Positions 1 through 12,574 of a DNA stretch of 64,000 nucleotides are shown here, piece by piece. The DNA comes from Squalus acanthias (taxonomy: Eukaryota): the NCBI GenBank assembly GCA_030390025.1, contig CM059432.1, forward strand, positions 41,418,001 through 41,482,000, in the 5' to 3' direction. Each line of letters begins with the position of its first letter. The stretch's first letter is position 1. The notes beneath the pieces are model-generated. The model searched no databases. It saw only the letters and a program-made list of their open reading frames with translations, and had not been told where the DNA came from. Made by a program: the position numbers and the translations under genes.

Positions 1-140
1 ATGAATAAACTTCTCCTCAACTCCCCTCTAATCCTTCTACCAGTTACTTTAAATCTGTGCCCCCTGGTTATTGACCTCTCTGGTAAGGGAAATAGGTCCT
101 TCCTATCCACTCTATTTAGGCCCGTCATAATTTTATACAT
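1..140 (-). mobile_element. CR1 LINE fragment (RT C-terminal region)
   Basis: Minus strand reads approx. YKIMTGLNRVDRKDLFPLPERSITRGHRFKV, matching the CR1 ORF2 C-termini at 55560-55680 and 58940-59060. Confidence 0.8.
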
Positions 141-690
141 TCCTCTTCTCCCTCCCTCTCCTCCCACTCTTCTCCCCCTCCCCTTCCTCTCCCTTTCCTC
201 TCTTTTCCTCTCCCCTCCCTCTCCTCTCGCTCTCCTCTCCCCACCCTCTCCTCTCCCTTCCTCTTTGCTCCCTTCCTCTCCTCCCTCCCTCTCTCCTCTC
301 CCCACCCACTCCTCTCCCCACCCCCTCCTTTCCCCCTCACTTTCCTTTCCCCCTCTCTCTCCTCTCCCCTCCCTCTCCTCTCCCCCTCCCTCTCCTCTCC
401 CCGTCCCTCTCCTATGCTGCCTCCCTCTCCTCTCCCCCTCTCCTCTTCTCCCTCTCCTCTCCCCATCCCTCTCCTCTCCCCGCCTCCTATGCTTCTTCCC
501 TCTCCTCTGCCCCTCTCCTCTCCCCATCCCTATCCTCTCCTATGGTAACTCCCTCTCCCTCTCCTCTACACCCTCCTTCTTCCTCCCTCTCCTCTCCCCC
601 TCTGCTCACCCCATCCCTCTCCCCCTCTACTCTCTTCCCTCCTTCTCCTCTCCCCCTCTCCTCTACCCTCCCCTCTCCTCCCTCCCCTAT
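140..690. repeat. Polypyrimidine (C/T) low-complexity tract, ~550 bp
   Basis: Almost exclusively C and T (ctctcc/cctct units). Confidence 0.95.
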
Positions 691-692
691 AT

Positions 693-1150
693 ACCATACA
701 GGACAAAGCAGTCCGCTTGATTGGCAACCCATCTACCACCTTAAACATTCACCCCTCCACCACTGGCGTACCGTGGCTGCAGTGTGTACTATCTACAAGA
801 TGCACTATAGAATCTCGCCAAGGCTTCTTCGGCAGCACCTCCCAAACCCGCGACCTCTTCCACCTAGAAGGAGAAGGGCAGTCGGCGCATGGGAACACCA
901 CCACCTCCAAGTTCCCCTCCAAGTCACACACCATCCGGACTTAGAAGTATATCGCCGATCCTTCATCGTCGCTGTGTCAAAATCCTGGAACTCCCTACCT
1001 AACAGCACTGTGGGAGTACCTTCACCACACGGACTGCAGCGGTTCAAGAAGGCGGCTCACCACCAGCTTCTCAAGGGCAATTAGGGATGGGCAATAAATG
1101 CTGGCGTTGCCAGCGATGCCCACATCCCATAAACAAATTTTTAAAAAAAA
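693..1150 (+). mobile_element. 5'-truncated 3' end of CR1-group LINE, same family as 40082-43203
   Basis: Closely matches the reverse complement of ~40085-40540 (HHWRTVAAVCTIYKMH...; tail gggcaattagggatgggcaataaatgctgg...cacatcccat followed by A-rich end). Confidence 0.9.
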
Positions 1151-1206
1151 TCCTGAGGTGAGGAACTTTCATTCAAGAATGTAGCAAGGGAGGGAAAGAA
1201 AAAAAT

Positions 1207-1347
1207 GAGTCGGCAGCCCGTTTTACATCTTTCCCGATTTTTATTACCGTGGACTTCAATGGAAATGAAAATCGGGACAGATGTAAAATTGGCTGCTGAT
1301 TCACTATCACCTGTTTTACTCTACCACACAAAGTCAAGATATACCCC
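1207..1347. repeat. Palindromic non-autonomous DNA element; partial second copy at ~38460-38562
   Basis: Arms cagcccgttttacatctttcccgatttt / aaaatcgggacagatgtaaaattggctg around a central gacttcaatgg. Confidence 0.6.
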
Positions 1348-1811
1348 ATTATTACAAAACATAGCAATGATACATGGAATGGTGCAAAAGCTGAATCTCT
1401 TTGATTAGAGTTAAGGAATAATGCGGGAACTGTTACTCTATCATAGACTGTTGAACAGTTAAAAGGATTCAGAGAAAGAGATATGGGGGAGACTTTCGGG
1501 TTGAGCATGGAATGGGTTCGATATCAGCGGTGCGCATGCTGCACCCGCCCAAAACAGCAGTCGGGCATCCGAACCACTTTCAGGTTTGAGCCTCATTAGC
1601 ATTTCTCGGTGAGCTGCATGTGCCAAACTGGTGACGCGTTACAGCTCGCCAATCTGGTGAGGAGGAAAATCATCTGGCTGCTGCATATGGCCGGCCGATA
1701 GATACGACCTGATGAGGTGGGGAAATACAGTTGCCAGGGGTGCGATTTTAATGGGGCCAGGAGGAGTACTCCTGCACCTCTTGGCTCCACAAAATCTCTT
1801 TTAAAAACCTT

Positions 1812-2568
1812 GGGGGAAAAATTCGTTAGTGACCATTTTGGGTCGCTAACATCGCCTGGGCGCTAAATTTAGCGCCCGGCGAAAAATAGCACCGGTGATC
1901 GCTCACTTCAGTTTTAGCACCCCAAGAGGGAGGTGGAGCGCTAATTCAAGTGTTCCACTTCCTTCTTAGAGCGCTAACCTCGAATATCGGGGTGGTACAT
2001 TCTGCAGCGCGACGCACTGGGCCACGCAGCGCTGCCACATGGAAGGGCTCTTCCCCTCATTAAAAGGGAGGGTCCAAGCCCACAACTCTGCTGGGCCCTA
2101 CCTGGACCACCGGGGAGCGGGGTGTCGTGCCAGCAGCCCAGCACTCAAGAGGAGTGCCGGGCTGCCAGATCGCAGCACGGACACCGCGTTCAAAGATGCA
2201 ACGGGCTGCAACAAGTAAGTCGGCCGATTTTTTTCCCTGCCCGCCACCTCCCCTTTACTTACTGCCCCGCGAGCCTCATACTGCTCTGTTCCCGCCCCCT
2301 GAATCGGTCGCTGTCATCGCCCGGCGCAGATTCAGGGGGCGGGGGCCATTTTTGCAGGCGGGGCAAAAACGGGGCGCTGTGCACAGTGATGATGTCGTCA
2401 TCACCTGCGCAGCGGTGCGGGGCGCTACCGATTACCGCTGCCGCTAAACTCCCGCTGAATTTAGCGGGAGTTGTTAGCGGCGCCACGCCCGGGCAAAAAG
2501 TAATTCGCCCCCCGTTAATGATCCCGGGGGCGCTAACGAGAGGCGCAAATGTACCGAATTTCTAGCCC
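1812..2568. mobile_element. Harbinger-type MITE nested in an older GC-rich MITE (~1484-2760)
   Basis: TIR gggggaaaaattc / gaatttctagccc, 3-bp TSD CTT on both sides, many subterminal TAGCGC/GCGCTA motifs. Confidence 0.85.
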
Positions 2569-3027
2569 CTTACCTTTTGGGAGAGACCTCTAGTGGACTC
2601 TACCGGTTAGGCCTCTCAACGCTTGGATAAAGTGGTCCTGGTAGGCGCTGCCCAAGATTCACCCATTTTTCCCTGAAATTTGTAATGGGGTCCTACAACA
2701 CACGTAGGGCCCCAATTTGAATATTTAATCAGCATTCCGCCTGTTTTGGGCATGACTAAACATGATCCACTTTTCTTGCAAGCTTTTTCCCTCTAACAAT
2801 GCTGACCATGCAGTTTATTGAGCTCATCACTCGTCTCTTCAAAATTTGCCTTTCTAAAGTTGAATGTTTCCATTACTCTGTTGCCATGATGTTCTCTGAC
2901 TCTGACCTGCACTGCCTACAATTTTCCAATATACACAGCCATCAGACAAGGCCACCCATCAGCAGCATGAACGCATTAAATTACCCGAAGTGTGCTCAGG
3001 ATCATATTTTCACTTCCACTGCACCCT

Positions 3028-3252
3028 TTATAGCTTTCCCAATCGATCTCTGGTAAATTGAAAGCACAGATAACAATTGAATCTGTTCCTGTACATGCTT
3101 CCCTTACTTGACTTGAAAGTTCTTGGCCTAGTCCTTCCTCCTGGTGGTCTATAGCAGATGCCCATAATTAGCTTCCTTTCCCTCGTGTCCTTTATTCCTA
3201 TCCATAGGATTTCCACCTTATTTGTACCTAAACCAGATTCTGGGTCTCCCAT
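3028..3252 (-). mobile_element. Degraded CR1 endonuclease fragment
   Basis: VEILWIGIKDTRERKLIMGICYRPPG resembles the CR1 APE motif (ESLW...GVCYRPP). Confidence 0.7.
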
Positions 3253-3642
3253 TTTATTTCTATATAAAGCCTTGAGGCATCATTTCCCCCACTTGCTAGA
3301 TTATATAGGATCAGCAGACATGGATGCAGAGGATTGCCGTGTTCTCCTAAGAATCATCCACCCAGTGTTTCTTCTCCTTTAAATAATGTGGGCTCTGTGG
3401 AATGCGACGCAAGGAAGGCATCATGACTGCTTCCTGAATAATGGCAACTGACATGCATAATGAATGTTTCTGAGTCACATACCAGATGAATTTTGATTGA
3501 GTGTACACACTTTTGAGGAGCCCTGATATCCAGACTATGATGCCTTGTACTTGAAGGAACTGCCACTCAGTGAAACTTTTGATTTCTGTCCAGCTGATGC
3601 TTCCTTTCCACAGGAAGAGTGATGAATGTGATGCAAACATAA

Positions 3643-3782
3643 GCGGGAATTTCCTTGGGGGGTTCTCCTGATTGGCTGCCGTAATTGGAAGATTGACAGA
3701 AATCCCGTTGACGTGTTGTATATGGGGCTTCTGCTGAAGTTACGGCAGGCGATGTGGAGAAGCCCTCAAAGAAATTCCAGAT
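3643..3782. repeat. Short palindromic MITE-like element
   Basis: Imperfect inverted arms ggaatttccttgggggttctcc...gccgtaa / ttacggc...ggagaagccctcaaagaaattcc. Confidence 0.55.
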
Positions 3783-4019
3783 GACAAGTGTTTTTTACTT
3801 CCTTAATATGTGTGCACTGCAAACTGCCTGATCAAAAGATACTGACGGATGCAGAAAGCCATTTGGCTGATCTTAATTCATCCATCCTGAACAACCCTGC
3901 ACTTCCCCCATTGCTGCTTTTATTTGTTCCTTCAATGATTCCAGAGTTTTCACCTCCCCACTCTGTTCAAAGTCCATTCCAAGTGTAGATCACTCTCTGC
4001 ATGATGAACTTCCTAATAG

Positions 4020-4720
4020 CAGTCCTAAAATTACCCTTTACTAGTTTGAAACATTGTTGCCTTGTCCTACTCCCACCGTTGAATTTAAAGTAATATTCTG
4101 GATTAACCTTTTGCGTACCATTTACTATCTTTATACTGCTATAAAATCACTTTTCAGATGCCTCTTTTCCAGGCTGAAAAACCCAGGTTTGTTCAGTTTG
4201 TCCTCATTAGTCCTTGCCAAAAGATCCAGAGGGAAGATGAGGAGAATTTATTTCATGCAGCGAGTTGTTATGATCTAGAATGCAATATCTGAAAGGGTGG
4301 AGGAAGCAGATTCAATAGTAACTTTCAAAAGGGAATTGGATATATACTTGAAAAGGAAAAATTTGCTGGGCTATGGGGAAAGAGCGGGGGAGTGGGACTA
4401 ATTGGATAGCTCTTTCAGAGAGCTGGCACGGGTACAGGCACAGAATAGCCTCCTTCTGTGCTGTAAGATGCTACGATCCTATAACTCAGATCCTTGACAC
4501 TAGGGATCAGCCTCATCTTTCTTCTCTGCACTGCCTGCAGCACTTGAATATCTTGTTATTTCTTGGCGACCAGAACTAGACATGGTATTCAAGGTGTGGT
4601 CTGACCAGAAAACTATACAGTTTGATGATTTCCTCACGTATTCAACTGTTTAGGCTATGTAGTTCAGCATTCTATTGGCTTTGTTGATTGCAGCGGTGCA
4701 TTGGTTGGACATGTTTGGCA
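4020..4720 (-). mobile_element. Old CR1 fragment (-) interrupted by a CR1 3' end on + (~4215-4482)
   Basis: Minus strand has CR1 RT C-terminal similarity ([12 protein letters not shown] region ~4575-4610); plus insert has typical CR1 3' sequence (FKRELDIYL..., 3'UTR). Confidence 0.7.
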
Positions 4721-5817
4721 TTGAGTCTAATTAGTCATTGTTTGACCCACTCATATTTTGTTGAACTAAATCTCACTTATATGCCTGGTCTTGCAGATTC
4801 CTGTCCACTCTGTGCCAAATTCCTGTTCAGGCCAAACCTGTTTTCTTTTCTTTCTCTGCAAAAAAGAAATCACTGTCTATGTCTCACTCAGTCAGCCTCA
4901 AAAATGCTTCACAGGTCACACGACCCAGATTGAATGATGTAAACCTGGCCACCCAACCACGTCTGATTTCTATAAATCACATAAATAACATTAAATATTT
5001 AACCAAGTAACAATTTAACACCAATATGGCACCATTTACAAGGGTTTCTAAGAAGAAAAAATGATCCAAGGGTTAATTTTCCACATTTACAATCTGGTGC
5101 GGAGTGGTGCATGCCATGAGAACACAGTGGAATATTGGGTGCAGAGGATTGTGCTCATTATACACAGCCCATCATTTTAAATGCATGGAAAATGAGGGTA
5201 ACGTAGCATTTTTCTCTGCACCTTATGTTGTGACATGCACGCTCAGCATACATTGCTCTACTCAGTGTAAAAGGAAGAAGTTTTACCCTTGATATGGCAT
5301 GTAGGTAAGTCGATAGCACCCATGGTAGAGATTTCATGTAAAAGAATCTAGAGATTACTCCATACTCAATTGTGAATTCAGAATTTTGGAAAAGCCTGGA
5401 AAATTCAAAACTAAGGGATGGCAGCCAATCCTTTTTGGAAAGAGGTGAGAGACAACTCATGTTACTTAATGTGGAGTCAGTCCATATCCATTTATCAGTC
5501 ATAATTGAAAACCAAACACAGTGATCTGCTGTTCCAAGTACAAACATTTACACCAACATTACATTAAATCATTCTTGTTAATTCCAGTCTGTTTTACCGT
5601 CTCATCCATTTATTTGAACAAACACAGCTCTTAAATCATGCACACCTTCAACAGACCTTGGTGGTTTCCCTTCCCTTTCTCATTGCCTCTGCAGTCTCTA
5701 CATTAATATTGTTCCAACCCATTCCCTTTAAAAGAAAATAAGGTCTGTTAATTTTAATGAATATCAAAAGAAACAAATTGAAAATGCTGGAAACCTAATG
5801 ATGGCCCTAAACTTGAA

Positions 5818-6993
5818 GGGGTAGGTTTTGGTCTGGGCCCGTTTTCAGGCCCAGACTTGGTGCTGCATGTTAAACACACACCTGAACCGAGAGGCCCGAG
5901 GATCGATGGAAATTGGTTCTTGGACCTCATCATCATACTCAGTGCGAGGTGCCGGCACAGGTCATGCCTGAGCAAAGAGATTAATGACGGACTGCCTTCC
6001 TCGCCGGCAGCTTCCCTCAGGTAAGTCCTGGGAGGGGGGTGTTGGAGCAGGCTACGGGGAGGGGTGTGGGGGGCGCAGGTCGCAACTCTTGTGGAGCTGG
6101 AGGAGCAATCCTTCTCTCCTGGCTCCACAGTAATGGTATTTAATGTTTTTTTTAACTTGCCTTCCGCTGGCATTGCTGGGGCCGCTGAAGAATCCTCAGT
6201 GGGGCAGGTCCGCCCCTGCCTCATTCATTACCAACGACTTTCAGCAAGGGTCCCTTCAACAGGCGTTAGGACCTTAATTCACATACTTAAGGGGCCTAAT
6301 ATCTGTTTTAGGTGTATGCCCCATGAATTTAGTACAGGTTGAGCGTCCAAAATCTGGAGATCCGGACTCCGGGATGATTGGTGGCAGGGTCGTCTGGAAT
6401 CCGTAAAATGTTCCGGAATCCGGAACTCCAGATTTTGGACGCTCAACCTGTACTTCAAAAAGCCATTAACTTTTGTTGTCTTTTTTTGAAAAATCCTATG
6501 AAAAATGCGAGTGATGCAATAAAACTTTGTGTTGTGTTTTATCCTTCTTAATCTGCACAGCTCCACTAAGTGTTTCCGCCAGGCTGCGGCCACGGCACCA
6601 TGCTGCCCTGGTGGCCTAGTGTGGGCCATCGGATGCTCTGCAGAGCTCACAGCGTCCCTCCCCTTTAACAGAAGGGGAGGGGCGGAGAAACACGTCAGCG
6701 CTGCGCGGTGCGGCCCAGGCATTTCCAGACTCAGAACGTGTTTCTGATGTCCGAAGTCCGGAAACGCCCGAGCTCAGGTTGCGATATTTCCGGACTTCGG
6801 ACATCAGAAACACGTTCCGGAGTCCGGAAAAACACAAAAACCGGCTCGGCCTTGGTCCCGAGGTTGCCGGATTCAGGACGCTCAACCTGTACTGGGACCA
6901 ATGCCTACGCAGATTGAGTGCATCCATTCCCACTGCTAAATCTGTATACTTTGTGCCCATCTTACACCTGCAATACATACCAAATTCTATCCC
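5818..6993. mobile_element. Harbinger-type MITE hosting a Tigger-like insertion
   Basis: TIR ggggtaggttttgg / ccaaattctatccc, TSD GAA on both sides. Confidence 0.7.
6335..6889. mobile_element. Tc1/mariner (pogo/Tigger-like) MITE
   Basis: TIR caggttgagcgtcc / ggacgctcaacctg, TA TSD; extra right TIR ending at 6450; 31-bp perfect internal inverted repeat 6734-6817. Confidence 0.85.
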
Positions 6994-7555
6994 GAAATGT
7001 CAACAGAGCTGTTGTAATTCAATGCATACCTGTTAAGTTTATTTTCTGTTCTAGAGATTTAGGGGGAGAAATTCAGTTGGTTAGCGCCTCCAGTTAGCGC
7101 CTGGCGGGGGCACTAACGGGACGCTGAGGCAGTAGCACCACGGCGAGGCAACTCCAACGCCGCACGCCAAATTCGGCCCCCCCCCCCCCACCCGTGGCGC
7201 CACTACGAGTTAGCGCCGGGGACTTCAGCGCCAGGCAGCTCGTGACCTCAATGAGTGTGTCCGATCTGCCAAATTGAGTATTGCCCCCGCCTTAGCGCCT
7301 CGCCCCGACAGCGACAAGGAGAGGAGGTGTGAAGCAGTCGGTAGCTGGCTCCAGGGGCGCTACTTAAAGGGATCATGAATAATGAGTCGCAGCTGTCAGG
7401 TGAGTGCAGCTTCACTGCTTCCTTGTCAGTTTGACATTGTGCAACAGTTTAAATCAGTCATTTAAAGGTTGTTTAGTCTCCGGAGTGTTGTGGCTACTAA
7501 AAATTAGTTACATTTATTCTCACAAAATATCAAAGTGCTGCACTTGGTTACATTA

Positions 7556-8732
7556 ATGGGGGCTGTACTGGCAGTCGACCTCACCCTCTAGGATTTACTG
7601 CGGAGGGAGCGTAGGCAGCGAGAAAGATTGGAACATGAGGCCAGAGGGAGGAGGAGGGTCATCAGGGTTCTCAACAGGAGGCCTTATCCTCTGAGGGTCT
7701 TCCAACAGCAATTCTCCTACCTCCAATTAAGCCAGGAGCAGTGTCTTAGAAGGCTCCACTTCAGCAAGGAGGTGGTCACAGAACTCTGCCATCTCCTGCA
7801 ACCAGACCTCGAGCCTCAGATCAGGACGAGGACGGCTCTCTCAGTGGCAGTCAAGGTCACCATCGCGCTCAATTTCTTTGCCAGTGGATCCTTCCAGTCT
7901 GCAACAGAAGATATAGGTAACAACTTGCAGTTCGCTGTCCATCGCTGCAGCCAGGAGGTCACAGAGGCTCTCTACAGTAGGAGAAGGGACTACATTTCCT
8001 TCCCCATCACCAGCGAGAAGCAGGACGAGCGTGCATGTGGCTTTGCCAGGAAAGCGAGATTCCCCATGATGCAGGGCGCCATTAACTGCATCCACGTGGC
8101 TTTGCGAGCACCACATAACAATCCTGAGATCTTTCATAACCTGCAAAGGCTACCACGCACTTAATGTCCACTTGGTGTGCGACAACAGACCGCGAATCCT
8201 CAATGTGAATGCCTGCTATCCTGGCAGCAGCCACGATGCCTTCATCCTGTGCCAGACTGATGTTCCAGCACTCTTCCAGCCACCACATCAAGCTTGCGGC
8301 TGGCTGGTCGGAGACAAGGGGTATCCGCTCTCTACCTGGCTCATGACTCCCCTCTGCAACCCCAACACTCCTGCCCAGCACTCATATAATGAGAGCCATA
8401 CTGCCACCAGGAACATCATTGAGCTGACCATCGGGGTGCTCAAGCAACGGTTCCGCTGCCTTGATCACTTGGGAGGAGCCCTCCAGTACTCGCCAGAGCG
8501 GGTGTCCCATTTCGTTGTGGTGTGCTGCATGCTCCACAATCTGGCCATCATGAGGGCCCAGTCCTTGCCAGCAGGGATTGCGGGACCACCTCAGGAGGAG
8601 GAAGAGGGAGAGGCGGAGGAGGACGATGAGGAAGATAAGGAGGAGGAACAGGAGCGAGGGAGGAGGCAGCCACTCAATCGGCCTTCCGGAAGGGTGGTCC
8701 GTGACCACCTCATCAGACTGTGGTTCCAGTAA
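7556..8732 (+). pseudogene. Harbinger DDE transposase (HARBI1-like), inactivated
   Basis: Motifs GAINCIH (catalytic D reads N), YPGSSHDAFI, GDKGYPL, IELTIGVLKQRFRCL, CCMLHN; in-frame TAG at codon 12 and a +1 frameshift near 8140. Confidence 0.93.
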
Positions 8733-8897
8733 ATTCAACCCCAGATCCCCGTTGCTCAGCACATCCCCATCATTCCATCCCTGTCACAGGCCATATCACA
8801 GCACACAGCTGAAATGAGACACAGTACAAAATTATCCGAAGTGAATTAATAAATTTATCAATAATCAGTGAACACATCTTTACAACAAAAACATTTA

Positions 8898-10792
8898 CTA
8901 TTCACCCTTGTACAATCTCTTAGTGCCTCTCGTTACTGTGCCTTTGCCTGCTCTAGTGCTCCTACGAAGTGTTGGCCCAGTGGTTGCAGCAGGGCTGGTG
9001 GAAGGCTGTCGAGTGTCCGTGCGGGAGAGTTCAGATGGCCTTACAGGATGCCCTCAACCAGCTCTGGGCCTGGAAGGTCGGCTGTAGACTGCGCTACCTC
9101 AGCATGGGCGGCAGCAGTCTGGGCTGGCTGGATGACAGGCAGCGACAAGGGCATAGGTGGAGTGGCAGTGGTGGGATCAGAAATGCTGTCATCCTGAGAG
9201 AGGACAGCAGGGTCCTGCTCCACTGACCCACTGCCACTCCCCCGGGGCAGCACCTCAGCATCCCTAGCAATCTGTTGCAGCACAGATTGCTGGCCTGCTG
9301 TGACACCGTGAAAGCCCCGGTGGACGGTGGTAGACCCAGCCACGATGGCAGCAGTCAGAGCTTGCGTGGCATCAAGCTGAGACTGCCTGAGAGCAGTCTG
9401 ATATGGAACGGCACCAACCATAGACTGCATTACAGCACGAAGACGTTGCATTGCTTCTGCCTGTGCTACAATGGAAGCTGCCAGATCGCCCATCACATGC
9501 GGCATCAGGTCTGGGTCGCCACGGTCTCTCTGGGAGTCTCCCATTATTTCCAGACTGGAAATGATGGGTTCCATGGGGTGCGCAGAGCTTTGTGCAATGT
9601 TGGAGGCGGACTCCTCTACACTCCTTACCATTGCCGACAGGCTCTTGGGCACCCTTGCCATTGCCGTGTGAATGCCCATGACCCTTCTTCTAAAGGCCTC
9701 CCCATCGAGGTCCTCATCTGAGTCCTGTGCAGTAGAACTCACGCGTGAACTCGCCCTCCGGAGAGCTGGCCCCTGAGCTACCCTTTCGCCCTGACCTTGC
9801 TGCAACCCGCTCGTTCCCGGTGCCTCACCCTGTGCAGATCCCACTACTATACTAGCCTCTAAAGAATGCGTAGTGCCAGTATCTGAGCTGGTGCCTGCGG
9901 GTGAGACATGCAGTGACGCGGTGTGTTCTTCCTCCTCCTCTTCTCCCGCCTCGCTCTCAACGGTGCCCTCAGAGACAGGCTGCTCCGGTGCTTGCTCATT
10001 ATCTGAAAGCATAAAGGCACAAGAGATGGGTTAAGGTGAAGGGAGCGGGGCAGGAAGGGAGAAATGCACGCATACAGCATGATTAGCTGGAAAGTGTGAA
10101 AGGCTTGTGGGGTGAGGGGGAAGTGGGATGTGAGAAGAACGAGTAGGGATGAACATACCATTGTTGTCCCCAAGGGGGTCAACGTTACCAGTGGCCACGG
10201 TGCCCAGCACCTGATGCCCAATGATCTCCAGGACTCTATTTTCCAACGCAGACAGTGGTTGGGTGTAGGCTTGTCCCCCACCTGTGTGCTCCTGCTCCCT
10301 CCTGTTGTGAGCCACCTTGGCCTGCAAGAGAAAGGAAAGTGTGTGAGTGAGTGTGGAGCAATGTGTTTGGGTGATGTGCCTGCCATAGTTGAATAGCTGT
10401 CATTGTGTGCAAGGTGTGAGATGTGGGTGTGAGTGTTGGTAGGTAGAGATTTTTGGTGGGTGAGTGCTGGGGGTGTAATGCTTTGGCCAGTGTGTGCAGT
10501 GTGGTTCAGACGGTGATATGTAGCATTTGTTGAGGCATTGACTCACCCTGACCACCCGAGTGAGGTCGTTAAATTTCTTCCTGCATTGTGTGTGGGTCCT
10601 GGGGACCACAGTGCTGCCCGAGACCTGATGGGCAACCTCCCTCCACATGGCACGGATGACTTGTGGCGAGGGCCTCCTGCCACTTGCCAAGTAAAGCACC
10701 GCCCTCCGTCTCTCCACAGCGGACACCAACTCCTCCAATGCTTGGTCTGAAAATCTGCGGGCTCTCTCCCTGGGGCGTGGATCTGCCATCAT
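8898..10792 (-). pseudogene. Harbinger Myb/SANT-like (NAIF1/MSANTD-type) DNA-binding protein, 3 exons: 10792-10547, 10321-10159, 10002-~8898
   Basis: Exon 1 RFSDQALEELV...W.EVA..V...RTHTQCRKKFNDL; GT-AG introns (gtgagt...ttgcag; gtatgt...ttcag) join the exons in frame; frameshift and stop near 9080-9040 (the true 3' end is inferred). Confidence 0.85.
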
Positions 10793-11844
10793 GAAACCTG
10801 CTTGAGTCGTCCGGTTCCTGCTTGCACAGGTTCACAGGCAGCAATGCTGAGAATGAGGTTCTGCAGCATCAATGAACCTCCCCTTTAAGAACTGGAAAGA
10901 GCCTGTGGTAATGATGACTTGTGATTAGACTGCACCTGATATTGGGTAGCGCTTTGAGTGTAACGCCACTGAGCAAGGCCGTTAGCGCTTGATTTAGCGC
11001 TCCCATCCTTTCTTTGAGCGATGACAATGAATTTTGCGTACAGCGAGATTCATTGGTGCCTGGCACTAAATCTCAAACTTTTCCAAAGTTAGCATCCATT
11101 CCTGGGCTACAATGAATTTCTCGCCCTTAAGATCTAAAACCACAAGCCTCATGAGGATTAACCGTTTAACTAAATGTGCTTTTCATTTTGAAATCTGGAT
11201 GTGATTTTAGTCATTCAACATTCACAAAAATAAATGTGCCGTTCATTTCTAATGGCAAAAAGCCAACAAAAATATCAAAGCACTCCCATGACTAATAATC
11301 CTGATTAAAACTAAATTAAAAAACATAAAAAATAAATCATGGTTATTTAACTTTAAACAGAAATTTGTCCAGATACTGTGGTATAAAGTAAATACACGTG
11401 GGATACTCTGTTATCTTCCTTGCTTGTGTTACCAAGTATACGCTGCATGGAGTGAATATGTATGAGTCATAAAATAATGTGTTGAACTCTGATGCATTTC
11501 TCAAGGGAAACAATTTTGCCTCCATAGGGAGAAGCGTTATCACATAGGTATTACGGGGATAGTGCATTTCAGACATGGAACATTATAGGAATCTACAGTA
11601 CTCCTCTTAGATCTAAAAGAGGTTTAAGGAGGTGATTGGAAATGAAGAAAACAAGCCACAGGTAATCTTTGTTCTTCAGGATGATTCTAGAATAGTGAAT
11701 TGTTTCTGCAGAGATTGAAGCGTGGTAGAGCTTGGTATGATCGAGCCAGATTGGTAATGGATGGCCAAGCCGGTTGTGCACCAGATACTCTCAAGTCTGT
11801 ACTCCTCGGGCTCATATGTGCGTTACACTCGCCTCAAAATCTGT

Positions 11845-12574
11845 GGCCCAGATTTTCCAGGGCCTAGGACCGCGTACGCGGCCGTAAGTGTCTCGCAAGT
11901 TCCGGGTTTATGCATGCGCTGCGTATGCGCGAAAACCCGGAACTTGCGATCTGTCAAGAACCTTCTTGACAGATCCTCTGCATCCCGGGAAATGGGCTTT
12001 CGCTGGCGGAGAGTTGGGCTATTTGCCTAACTCTTGCCCAGCGAATGCCCATGAAACTCTTACGCCTGGTAAAAGCACGCATAAGGCCTTCTTTTACCAG
12101 CGTAAGGGTGAAAATAAATATTAAAATAAATTTAAAAAATCATTTTAACATTCAAACACCTGTAAAATAAGTTTGTGTCACTTTTGGCCCCTTGAAAAAT
12201 GTTCACATTAAAATAAAATTTTTGTTTTAAATGTTTAATTAAATTGTATTTTAATTAATTTTAAACGTAATTTTTTTTATTTCAGTGCTGTAAAAATTAG
12301 TTTTTTGGGTGATTCCTATTAAGCTTATGGAGATTCCGTACGTAGATGGAATAATGGGGCTCCCCTTTCTGATTGGTTGGGCCGGCCCACGTGATCCCAG
12401 GGACACTTGCGAACCACATGCGCCCCTGGGATACGTGGGCCTCTACGCAGGCGTACGCGTAGAGGCCCAGGAGCGTGAGTCTCCATGGATACAGGACCAT
12501 CGGGTAGGTGCATACTTTTATTGCGGTTCGGAGGCATCCGCCCACGGGAAACCTCCGACCGCAAATTCAGGCCC
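11845..12574. mobile_element. Harbinger-type MITE with GCGTACGC-type subterminal motifs
   Basis: TIR ggcccagatttt / aaattcaggccc, TSD TGT, GC-rich arms and AT-rich centre. Confidence 0.8.

Larger units (their letters stand above)
7062..11126 (+). mobile_element. Full-length PIF/Harbinger transposon, 4065 bp, two convergent genes
   Basis: TIR gggggagaaattca / tgaatttctcgccc, TSD TTA at 7059-7061 and 11127-11129; transposase on +, Myb/SANT-like gene on -. Confidence 0.95.

Noticed and set aside
1..748. Long Pro/Ser/Leu-rich and Gly/Arg/Glu-rich ORFs
   Set aside because: Produced by the stop-free C/T low-complexity tract
5158..5547. 129-aa minus-strand ORF as a host exon
   Set aside because: No recognisable domain or convincing splice sites; cannot be supported without a search
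7556..10792. Domesticated host genes HARBI1 or NAIF1
   Set aside because: Enclosed by TIRs and a TSD, with stops, frameshifts and a second related copy nearby
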